NCBI GenBank assembly: GCA_000388065.2
Contig: KB932202.1
From: Fonticula alba ATCC 38817
Lineage: Eukaryota; Protista; Nucleariida
Direction: 5' to 3' (one strand)
DNA: 49,335 nucleotides
Below are positions 23,668 to 33,973 of the stretch, piece by piece; position 1 is the first letter of the stretch, and the number at the start of each line of letters is the position of its first letter. The notes under the pieces were generated by a model that did no database searches, was not told where the DNA came from, and saw only the letters and a program-made list of their open reading frames with translations. A program made the translations under genes and the position numbers.

Positions 23668-24200
23668 TCAACAGGGGCCGATGTTCCAAGGCCTGCACCT
23701 TGGAAGGACATGCATTTGGAAGGGTGCTTCTCCTTTCGGCCGCACCAGCCAAGCCGAGCCCCATCCGCTGGGGTCAGCAGTCGGGAACACAAGCAGGGCA
23801 GGGTGCGCTAATCCGCAACAGCCTCGGCTCCGAAGCACCACGGTCCGCTGGTCGGCCCCTTGGCCAAGACCTGGCGTTTGGTGCTTCCAAGACCCGAAAG
23901 CAGACACCTCGGCCGCGGGGCGGCGGGTGTGGAGCCGCGCCCGATCTCCACCAGCCCATGCCCTAAAGTCTCCCGTGCAACCACGAGGAGCTCATGGGAC
24001 ATTTCGCACGCTGCCTTTTGTACATCATGCAGCGAATAATGTCGCCCACCATGCGCTGGGGCGGGATCAGGACAGATGCCCTCGCCCGCAGCCCCCCTGC
24101 CCCGGATCCCAGGCCCCGCTCGATGGTGGTGCCTCGGCACAAAAAATCCTGCAAATATGCCGGCTGGTGGGATACATTCAGAAGAGTAAAGGGAAATAAA
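23668..24200 (-). pseudogene. Possible decayed exonuclease-family paralog
   Basis: SHELLVVARETLGHGLVEIG resembles the ExoII and 'IDL' regions. In another frame DQRT..GL..LLVFPTAD..APFQ resembles paralog C DQTR..GL..MLVLPAD..SPAQ. Frameshifted. Confidence 0.3.
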
Positions 24201-24663
24201 AACATGGGAATAAGCGAAGAAGAAAAGAAGGGGGAAACAATGCGCCGACAAAAGAGGCGCGAAACAAAGGCAACACGACAGCTGGACGCAAAAAAGTGAG
24301 CAAGCCCAGAAATGGGGCACAGCCTTGATAGGCTGAGGGAGATGGAGGGGAGGGGGCGCGGTAAACCGCCGAAGACATCACGTATCAGCCAGACGCTTGA
24401 CCTGCGTCCCAGGATTTGACCACGCATCCCTCCGGGCATCAAGCAGCCAGAAGGGGAGGGGGGGGGCACAGGCGAGACGGGGAGAGCAAGATGGCCACGG
24501 TTGGCGCGGAATGGTTGACCTGAGAGCCAGGGAGCTGCCCACTACTGACAAAGAACCCCTTGATTCGGGGCGAGACAGCATCAGACGGTAATAGTGGGAC
24601 ACTTTTTCATCCAGTGGGGATCTTCCTGCCAGGCTGTGATAGCTTGGGCATATCCAAATCTAA

Positions 24664-26718
24664 CTAAGTGGCAATGGACTGATCCGAAGTAGAAGTGGTT
24701 TTGGCCTCGGTTTTACACTTGTCACAAAGAATAGCAGTCTCAGAAGAAGAAGAAGAAGAAGGAGGAGGATTGGGAGGGTTTGGCGGGAGCAAATACAAGT
24801 AAAGAATGGCCATGATCCGCTCGATGCTGCCTTGAGCGACATCCCAATCATCCTCACACAGCAACTTGGACTCATGGAGGTTTTCGTTCGCCAGATCCAT
24901 GCGGAAGTTATCGTCGACTAGCTTCCGCAAGTTGTGTCTACCTGGTGGAGGGTTTTTCCCCTCTGGCTCATTATTGGGTTTCAAACCAATGTCGACGATT
25001 TTGTCCGTAGAGCATCGGTTTTCCAGAATACTCAACTGTTTACGCAGACCGTCAATCAGATCATCTTGATTAAAGATGACCAGCTTGCTGAATGATTCGT
25101 TGTATCGACGAGAAGCCAGCAACTTAGTCATACAATCCGAGGCATTCTTTGAATCAGTGGATTTGAAATTGAACTCGAACAGAGAAGCTTCCTGCAGAGC
25201 TTGGACCTTCTCATATGCCTCAATTTTGTCAGATGGAATATTGACAATGGCAACTCGAGCATATGCTACCATCTCCTCTTCAGCTGCCTTGACAAGTTCC
25301 AAAGAAGCCACATAGCGCTGCTGGATGATCTTGTCGAAGTCCTTCCTGGCACACTCATCAGAAATATCCCGCACTTTGGGAAGGACCTTCGGCCGAGAGG
25401 GGTAGAGGAAGTGATGCTCGGCCAAATACTTGACATTGCGCAGGCCATGACAAAACAATGAGTCTCCCTCCTCTGTCTTCCGGAAGGTCACACCACACCT
25501 CTCTTTGGTCAAGATGAGAGAAACAAGCTTGTCCTCCACATCCTCGATCTTGGGTCCCTCGCTCCACACGCCCATGCTCCAGGAGGTGGTTGGGTCCGTC
25601 TTGAGGTTGTTCACACAACGGAGCAGCCCAGCTTCATCCGGCAGGTAAATTTCTTTCGTCATGGATTGAATGGAAGCCCCACCATGGTTAGAACGGTGGC
25701 CAATAGAAAGAGGCGCAGCGGTGGAAAATGACGCACCTTTCGGCCAAGTATTGAGGGGCTTTCCCGACCCAGAGGTCCCAGCCGTGGCTTGGGCGGGCTG
25801 AGGGAGGTGCTTAACGGTGTAGTGAGTGGTATCAAGGAAGGGCGCAACCGTGTACAGGGCAAAGTAGATGGCCTGCATCTCGAAGGGGCGGACGCCCTTT
25901 TCAAGAATGGATAGCATATCCTGGACGAAATCAACAACGGCCAGCTTGTATCCCAGAAATCTGTTGACCAAATCTTTGTCGTCTTTGAGGAAGATGTGGA
26001 CCATGGCCTGGGCGAGTCACGGAAGCATGTCAGTGGCTGATATGATGTCGAAACTTGATGCGGGCCGCATTAAGCGATGTCGAAATGGCCGCCGATGAGA
26101 CTGGATAAAAACACACCAGGACGTTTGCCCTGCGAATCGGATCGAAGTTATGTGACATTTTGTAAAGCTCAATAAGCTTTGGCCGATTCTTGTCATCCTT
26201 CTTGACTACTTGGAGGGCGGGGGGCATTCCCACAAGTGTGTAAAGGGGATGCACAAAAATTAGCCATAGCAGAATACGTAGCACGGCAGGCACGGTGCCA
26301 TTTATCGTATGGTCCATTGTGCAAGGCGACGGAAGCATGAATACATATGTTCTTACGTGTTAGAGCGGCAACAAATTGTCAAGAGCCAGAATAGAGCAGG
26401 TTGAAAAGGCTTGGCACTCAACCCGGGCGATAGCAAACCATGCGGAGGGCCACCACAGGAGAAGGCCACTTTCGGACGTACGTCTGTCAAGGATCTCTTT
26501 ATAATACTCTTTCTCCTCAGCTCGTGCAATCACCACCCCAAGGGAGTAGAGGGTGAGACTTTCACTTTTGACAAATAGCGGGGCGCCTGTGGGCCCAGTC
26601 TAGGCGGGGAGTAAATGCCGTTCGTTAGGGGCTTGGGCAGTTGCAGAGCCATTTATGAAAGGCAGCGAGGATCAGCCATGTCCGACTCATAGAAAGGGGA
26701 GACCAGTGTTTGTACCAT
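24664..26718 (-). CDS. Paralog E: inactive exonuclease-fold protein, about 490 aa, 5 exons (26716-26718, 26482-26599, 26117-26208, 25737-26007, 24664-25652)
   Basis: Exon 3 ends IRRANVL| (A: FDRANML|). Motifs ARVAIVNIP, ALQEASLFEF, IVDIG and NLRKLVDDNF. ExoI reads ASLELV. Intron phases are 0,1,0,1; the spliced frame is open (1473 nt). Confidence 0.8.
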
Positions 26719-26897
26719 TTTGATATCGGAATGAGGGTAGGCTACCTACGCTAAAACAGAAAGGTAGGGCTGAAATTGAAACACATGCGATGCTGGGGGC
26801 AGGGGGGGGGGGGGGAAGACAACAATCCACAGGAGGGGCCCGTGTGGAAGAGCTCAATGTGTAGGGAGTGTTGGGGTCTCTGCAAGCACCTACGGGT

Positions 26898-26907
26898 CTT
26901 ATATATA
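26898..26907 (-). promoter_or_regulatory. Candidate TATA box (TATATAAG) for paralog E
   Basis: Lies about 180 nt upstream of the predicted ATG at 26718. Confidence 0.35.
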
Positions 26908-27589
26908 TGTTTATCCCTGCAGGGCATGCTCTGTCCCTCTGTCTGTCCCTCGCCCGATGGCGCATCAGCACACGACCCGACCGGCAGCCCTCCTCGCTGC
27001 GGGCCGGAGTACCTTTGCGCCTATCCCTCGACCTTACCTGGCACGCATACCCACGACGCTGGGTCCTCGGGTCCTGGATGTGCGTCCTGTATGTTCCTCG
27101 GCGACCGGGGGCACTCGAATGCTTTGCCCAACCGCTCGAACAGTCACGGTAGCACCGCCATTGAGCAGCACCGGCAGGCCCCTCCCCACCCTGGGAGCTG
27201 CTCTCCGGGGAAAGCCACTCGCATCGATGAGACCCAGTGGAAGGAATCGCCTGCTCGAGCCGAAATCCCACCTCGGGAGTAGATCAAATCGCAATGCCCA
27301 ATCCGAGTCTCCTGCAGGGAAGATGGTCTGATGTGTCTGCCCCGGGGCCGGGCCGAGCAGCCAAAACGCCCCTCCAGGGACTGGCATACAGGCGAGCTCA
27401 TGGCGGGCTTCCGACCGGTCGCCTGCGCGCGCCCTGGTGCTGTACGGCTCGCTGAATCGACGAAGCGCGCCTCAATCGACTCCGCCGAGCATGCAAGTGC
27501 CGCCAAAAGACGCCGGCGCGTCTAGATAGACCCCGCATCCGAGGTAAGTACATCCTCACTTTCGCACTCCAACCCGCCTCTCGGGGAAA

Positions 27590-28317
27590 GAACGCCACTG
27601 TATGAGCCGGTGTCGAGGGCCCCGGCCACCATGGATGCCGTCCATTGCTCACCCCTCGCTTTCCTTGCCCCTCGCACTCGTCCCCATTGTCCGGCACACG
27701 GCGCGACACAGCCCCGAGAGGCCGTCGGGCGCGCGCTGGCTCTTGCGCATCTGTTCACATTGGTCATCTCGACTCTCTGTCAGCAGTCGCGTAAGCATGC
27801 ATGTGTGCATGCCAGCCGGCAGCGTCGAAGCCATGGAATCGCCGGAGCGGCCCATACGTGTGCCGCCTAGCTCCGGGCACCTATGGATGCGAGGCCAGGA
27901 GTACTTGATGTACTCTTGGCATTCCCTCGGCAGCTCCTGGTGCCTAGCCGCGCTGCTCCGCCACATGGAGGGCCAAAAGGCTTCGATGAGTGGCCGAGGC
28001 ATAGGGCTGCGATGGTCGCTATTTCTGCCCAGCGCAAAGATCATGAGAGGATAGCGAAAGAAACAACACCGACTGCATGGACACACATGCCTGGTCTGTG
28101 CCGAATGAATTCTCGGCTTGTGCACCAGGTTGCCTTGTTCGCCGACAAGCAGGGCGAACGAAGGTCCCCCGAGAATTGTGCGCAGTGGCACGGGGCAAGC
28201 GGTCATGCACGGAGCCCCGCGGTTCTTCCGGGATGTGTTATATCTTTTTGCCTTTGTCCAATCTTCAATCCCACGGCGGGGCAAGGCCGGCCAGCCGGCC
28301 AGCACAGCAACACCCAC
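27590..28317 (-). pseudogene. Possible decayed exonuclease-family paralog
   Basis: The minus ORF contains HKPRIH (C: KNPRIH), KYSWPRI (B: CYSWSHI) and GLSGLCRAVC (A: GLKGMVAFC). A following frame has WPGPSTPAH. No matching upstream exons were found. Confidence 0.25.
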
Positions 28318-30672
28318 CCGTCCGGCGCTCTAATCGCTCTTGAAACTGCTAGCCATCAGCCATCCCACTCGATCCCGCAATGGTTTCCCCCGGACCGACA
28401 AACCAACCTGCGCCAGGAACATGGCCCGCCTGTGTGATTGAGTTCTCAAGGGCTCATGCATCCCGAGCGGGGATGGATGGCACGCCCACGAGGAGCTGAT
28501 GTTGGTTGGAAGCACGTTCCCCAGCTGTGCTCGTGTTGGATATTGCCCATCTGGGCCCATGGGTTGCGCCTCTCAGGAGACATACTGGACTCAGGGGTAT
28601 TTGCCTCCCCCTGGGCAAATGACTTCCATGGGCCTGCGTTTCTTGCGTAATAGCCCGGAGAGCATGCACTCGGGGGCGGCTCGGCACCACCACCAAGGCG
28701 ACACCATACTGCTTCGGGGGCGCCAGTCCGTGTCTAGCCTGCCACGATTCGCCCCGCGCTCGGCAGGCACATCGCTGGTCGGCCGAAGGGGCGGGAAGAA
28801 CACCGCCGCCCAGCCCACGCGCAAGACCTGTGCGCGAGCCCACAGACTGCCCATGTCGCCCTGTCTCGTCCTTGTCCTCGCACCTCCCCCCGCATATGGA
28901 CAGGCAATCAACAGGGGGAGGGCTCATAGCCGTTCCTCAGAGCGGAGCCCCCCCCCCCCCCCCCCGCCCCCCCGGCGAAACACACGCACGCACGCATCAC
29001 ACCAGGGCGCAGAAGGTCTCCCGGTCCCGGAGCGCAGGCTGCCTTCACCGCCCCCCTGGAAGCGGCCCTCACGCCGGCGCTGGCCCCAAGCCCACCCTGG
29101 AGTTGTGGGGCGGCCTGCACCGCGCCACCTCGGCCGACATTGCACCGGCAAGCTCGCTCGCCTCGCTTTTTTGGCCTCCCCTCTTCGAGTTCACCATGCG
29201 CGCCAGACCCGGCGGGGCTCTTGGCCGCCAAGGACTGGCCGTCTCTCGGCACCATCCGTTGATCTTGGCAGCCAGCGCCGAGCGGCCGGCCCTTGGCAGC
29301 CAAGGGTCGCCCGATACAGGCATCAATAAAAAATAAACAACTATCAATGTCTTCGCCAGCCGGGCGTGCGCGCGCCGGGTCCTGTTTCAGGCGGCCACCG
29401 CCTCCGGCCCCCGGGAAGAAAACAAACACACCGGCTTGTGTGCGTGTGTCCCAGCCCCGTGCCCCCTGCTTGCGGCGAGCATCAACATAGCAGACCCGGA
29501 AGTGCCCCCAGTTGGGGAGATGGAGACGACCATTTGCCAACGCAACCTTTTGTTTATTCCGGGGCTTCCACGCGGAGGCGGGGTTAACTCACTGGTAATG
29601 AGCGTCGAGACCGCGGGTCATGCCGGCCGCGGCCCCCTGCTCGGTTACCGGTGCGCGCACGCCGGCTGGCCATCCCGGTAAACTGAGAGACTCGGGAGGT
29701 GCCGCGCCCCGGGCAGACCGCGGCACAGGGGAGTCCAAGCCGGAGGGGGTGAACTCCAGCGTAGGCCACAAGGGTCCCCCCCGCTTCCCCTGGGGGCGTT
29801 TGCCTTGGCACACCGAGCGTGGCTGGAGCTAGGCTGTTCGCCCGGACAGGCGTTTCCACGTAAATGCCACGCCAGCCGCCTGTGTGCAGCCACCGACGTC
29901 GGGCCTGTGGCGGGGGCCAACCAGCCCGAGGCGAGCGCCCCGTCCGGGCAAGAAGAGGCCGGCCTGCCCAGACCCCGCCGCGCTGCCGGCGCCTTCTGTG
30001 CCGGCGGAGCAGCGCATCGACCGGGGGTCCCAGGGAAAGCGAGAGAGGAGGGGGGGGGGGCGGGGGCGGAGCAGGGGACCGGCGAGAGCCCTGCGCAGCC
30101 TGGCCCGGCGCGTCGCACGGCTGGCGGTGCTCCGCTCATGGCCCCGGGTCACCGAGGCTGCGAATCTCACACAGACGCACATGCCCCCCCAGGTCCCGGG
30201 CCAGTCCGGCAGGGGGGGATCGTGCCCGGAAGGAGGGGCGCCGCCTCTTCCAGATCGGCGCGGGGCCGCATCACGCTCTCGGCCCGGCTCGCCCAGCACT
30301 CCGAGACCCAATCACATGTTGTATTTTATTCCTACTGATCACACCTTTCCAGGTCACGCCCTGGCCGGGCGTCCCGGGACAGGCCGTTGCCCCGGCCAGC
30401 CGGCGCCGCGGGCCGATCGCCGTGCGTTGGGATCCGATCCGCCAGACGGCCCTCCCCCCGGACGGCGGCCGGGGACCGGCCAGCCGGTGCAACAGCCTGA
30501 AAGGGCGCCTGGCTTTGGGTCCGAAGGGCCGGCAGAAACGGCACCCCCTTCCCCCTCCCCCCCTGCCCCCCCCCCCCTTCCTATCCCCCTCCCCCTCTCC
30601 CTCGCTCTCTCCCCACCCCCCCCCCCCCTGCCCCTCCGCCCGCACCGAAGACACCGGCGGCACATTCGACCC

Positions 30673-32466
30673 ATGACGCAGGCCCCCAGCGAGGCCGGCC
30701 GGCCGGCTTCGCCCTTCCCTCTTCGCCAGGCCCCGCCGCCGGAGGAAGCAGGGCCACTGCTGCCCGGGCTGGACCTGGGGGCGGACCTGGCCGCGCGGGC
30801 GCAGCGTCTGCCGGCCCTGGCCCGGCGGACCCTGCGGCTGTTCCTGGCCGGCCGGCTGAGCCGGCTGGAGTACCAAAACCGCATGGGCTGCATCTTGATG
30901 GATGCGGCCGCGGCGCGGAGCATCGCCGCGGCGGCGGCCGGGCTGGAGGTCCGCGCGGCCCTGTCGGCGGGGCCCGGCCCCGCGCGCGGCCCGGCGGCGG
31001 TGCCGACGCGCCCGCGCCGGCGCGACGTGCGCCTCATGGTGCGCGAGTGGAACGACGTCATCTTGCAAATCCTGGCCGCCGTACGGCGGCTCTTCCTGGC
31101 CGCGCGGCCGCGGGTTCTCGAGCCCGGCCCGGGGCGCGGGTCGGCCGCCGGGCCGGGCGGGGCGCTGCTCGGCCCCGGCGGCCCCGGGCACCCGGGCCCC
31201 GGGGGGCTGCTCCTGGCCGGCGGCGGTGCTGGCGGCCACTCCGCCGGGCCGCTGGTCCTGGGGGCGTCACTGGCCCCGGGGCTGGAGGCGCTGCGCGCGC
31301 TGCTGCTGGAGGCGGGCGTCGCCTCGGCGGATCTGGCCGGGCTGACGCTGCCGGCCGTGGCCGCCCTCCAGCGCATGCACCAGACCCTGGAGTGGTGCGG
31401 GGCCGGCGTGCCGCCGGCCATTGGCCGGGCCTCCAGTAGCGGCAGCCGCAGCAGCAGCAGCAACAGCCGCCGGAGGCTCCTGGCCCCGGCCCGGTCCATA
31501 GCCCGGCTGGACCCGCGCGACCGGGGGTTCCTGGTGCGCCGGGCGCGCGCGCTGCTGGACCCCGCCGGGGCCGGGACGCCGGCCGCGCTGGACCGAGCGC
31601 TGGCCCTGCTGGACAGCCGCCACGGCCAGCAGGTGGGCCTGCTCGGGACCCTGTCACCGGCGGCCACCGCCGGGCTGGCGGGCTCGACGCCCGAGCGCCT
31701 GGGGTTGGGCGGTGCGGGCGCCGCCCCGGGCCCGGCCGGCCCCGGCACCGGGCCCCCCCCGCCGCCGCCCGGGCAGTATGTGGTCCCGGCGCACGACGCC
31801 CCGATCGGCGCCCCGTGGAGTCTGGACCGGCCGCCGGACGCGGTGTGGTCGGCCGGCGGCGGGACCAGCCTCTGGGAATCGGCCTTCGCCCTGTCGGCGC
31901 CGCAATTGGCCCTGCGGCATGGCGATCCGGCGGCGCCCCGGCCCTGGTGGTGGACGGTCGGCTCGACGCTCGAGGAGGACCTGGCCCGGCTGGCCGGCGC
32001 CCCGGCCGGCGACCCGTCGGATGAGGGGTCCTCGCCGGCGCCACCGCCAGGCGACGGGGGCTTTGTCCCGGGCATGGCCCTGGCCGGGCTGGTGGGCCGG
32101 TGCCTGGGCCCGGCCGCCGCCGCCGAGGGGGTGTCCCTCCCGCCGGCCGGCAGCCTCAGTCGCCTGGAGCTCGAGAGCCTGCTGGGCCGGGCGCTGGATG
32201 TGTTCGTGCGTGGCCGCGTGGAGGCCCTGCTGGGGGCGGTGTACCTGCCGCCGGGGCGCCGGTCGGTGTGCCTCGGCCGGCGCACGGTCGCCGCCGCGGC
32301 CGACGTCTTCCCGGTGGCCGGCTCCCGCCAGGCCACCAGCCACCTGGCCATGGCGCTGCACCTGGCGGCCGAGGGCAACTCCCCGGCGGCGCCCCGCCGC
32401 GACCCGGCCTTCTACCGGTCCCGGGCGCGCCCCATCAGCCGGCACCGGCTGTTCGGCCGGCTGTGA
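30673..32466 (+). CDS. Hypothetical Ala/Gly/Pro/Leu-rich protein, 597 aa, intronless
   Basis: Open frame from ATG 30673 with amphipathic-helix-like segments (MVREWNDVILQILAAVRRLF) and GC-ending codon bias. No domain recognised. Confidence 0.7.
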   Translation: MTQAPSEAGRPASPFPLRQAPPPEEAGPLLPGLDLGADLAARAQRLPALARRTLRLFLAGRLSRLEYQNRMGCILMDAAAARSIAAAAAGLEVRAALSAGPGPARGPAAVPTRPRRRDVRLMVREWNDVILQILAAVRRLFLAARPRVLEPGPGRGSAAGPGGALLGPGGPGHPGPGGLLLAGGGAGGHSAGPLVLGASLAPGLEALRALLLEAGVASADLAGLTLPAVAALQRMHQTLEWCGAGVPPAIGRASSSGSRSSSSNSRRRLLAPARSIARLDPRDRGFLVRRARALLDPAGAGTPAALDRALALLDSRHGQQVGLLGTLSPAATAGLAGSTPERLGLGGAGAAPGPAGPGTGPPPPPPGQYVVPAHDAPIGAPWSLDRPPDAVWSAGGGTSLWESAFALSAPQLALRHGDPAAPRPWWWTVGSTLEEDLARLAGAPAGDPSDEGSSPAPPPGDGGFVPGMALAGLVGRCLGPAAAAEGVSLPPAGSLSRLELESLLGRALDVFVRGRVEALLGAVYLPPGRRSVCLGRRTVAAAADVFPVAGSRQATSHLAMALHLAAEGNSPAAPRRDPAFYRSRARPISRHRLFGRL

Positions 32467-32894
32467 GGGGCGATCCGTGGCGCGATGCGGCGCGCGTGGG
32501 CCTGCTCCCTCGCCGCGGGCCCTCCTTCCCCTCCCCCCCCCTTTGCCTGTGCGCGGCCAGCCGCATGAACACACGACACGTTTTTTTTTCCACCCTCCTC
32601 CCGCCGCCCGGGGCTGGCTAACTCGCGTGAGGGGCGGCCGAGCGGGGGCGTCGTCAGTATGTCGGTGCCGGCGCCCCGGGCGGCTGTTTTGTGCGATCGG
32701 GGCCCGGCCGGCGGGGCCTGACCTTGCCCACGATCGGTATGGGAGCCAAGCGGAGATCGCGCGGCGCCGGGCATGCGCGGGAAGGGGCGGGGGAGGCGGA
32801 CATGTCGCGGAAATCCGATCGCCGAAAACAACAGGGTCGGGGCGCGCCCGGGGAGAGTTGGCTCGGGAGGGGGCCCGGACGGGCGGGGGGGGGG

Positions 32895-33120
32895 NNNNNN
32901 NNNNNNNNNNNNNNNNNNNNNNNNNNNNNNNNNNNNNNNNNNNNNNNNNNNNNNNNNNNNNNNNNNNNNNNNNNNNNNNNNNNNNNNNNNNNNNNNNNNN
33001 NNNNNNNNNNNNNNNNNNNNNNNNNNNNNNNNNNNNNNNNNNNNNNNNNNNNNNNNNNNNNNNNNNNNNNNNNNNNNNNNNNNNNNNNNNNNNNNNNNNN
33101 NNNNNNNNNNNNNNNNNNNN
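32895..33120. other. Assembly gap (226 N)
   Basis: N run between poly-G tracts. Confidence 1.
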
Positions 33121-33973
33121 GGGGGGGGGGGGGCACTGCTTGGTCAGCACCGCGGCCGCGTAGGCGTAACACACGCCCTCCTCACACATGAGCTCACCGT
33201 GCATGCACCACTCTCGCGCCCGGGTCGCTGGACGTCTGGGCCCTGGCGGGCAAATACCCTCGCATCCGTTTAGGGTTGGCCCCCGTTGGCCCTCCTCTCC
33301 GGGCTCCCCTGGCCGCTCCGCGGACCGGGCAGGGCGTGTGGCATTCCCCGGGGGCCCGGGGCGCTGGCCGGGGCGGCCCGATGCGGCGAACACACCCGGG
33401 GCCGGGGGTGCCACGCAAGGGGCCGTGCGCCGCGGTCAGCCGGGGGCGGTTGGACGGCCGGCGTCCAGGGGCGTCGCAATGCGCTGGCCGGGGAGGCGCG
33501 CGCGCGCGCGCGCCGGCCAGGGGGGAGTACATGCGTGCGTACGTGCGTACGTGCGTGTGTATGTGCGCGCGCGCGCGCGCGTATGTGTACGTCAAACCCC
33601 GCTCGCCAGGCGCCAGCCATGTGGTGGCCGGCCCCAACATGGGGTGGGCATCCATCACATACATGTTCCCGCCGCACCCGGGGACTCGACTGCCCACCGA
33701 AGCCGGCGGATCTGTGGCTGGCCCCGGCCCCGGCCCCGGCCCCGGCCGCCAGCCGTCCGGCGCCCGCTGCACGGCATGTGGCAGGGAGAAAAGCCCCCGA
33801 CCCCTGGGCTCGGCCTCCCCAGCGCTCTGTCCCCCCCCCCCCCTTCCCGGTTCACGATCGACTCCTGTCTCCCGTGCCCGTCTCCCTGTATGTTGCGCAC
33901 CCCTGCTCGCCCACTTCCCCGCGTCGGCCTCTCCTCACCTCCGCCACCCCACCCCGGGCCCCGCTCCAGCACC

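Noticed and set aside
24664-26004. Low-GC, apparently intronless ORF as a horizontally acquired or viral gene
   Set aside because: It is exons 4-5 of paralog E, with host-type introns at the family positions.
32218-32247. RNase III-like motif VEALLGAVYL in the hypothetical ORF
   Set aside because: The catalytic Asp three residues before the Glu is absent, and there is no ERLEFLGD signature at the expected spacing.
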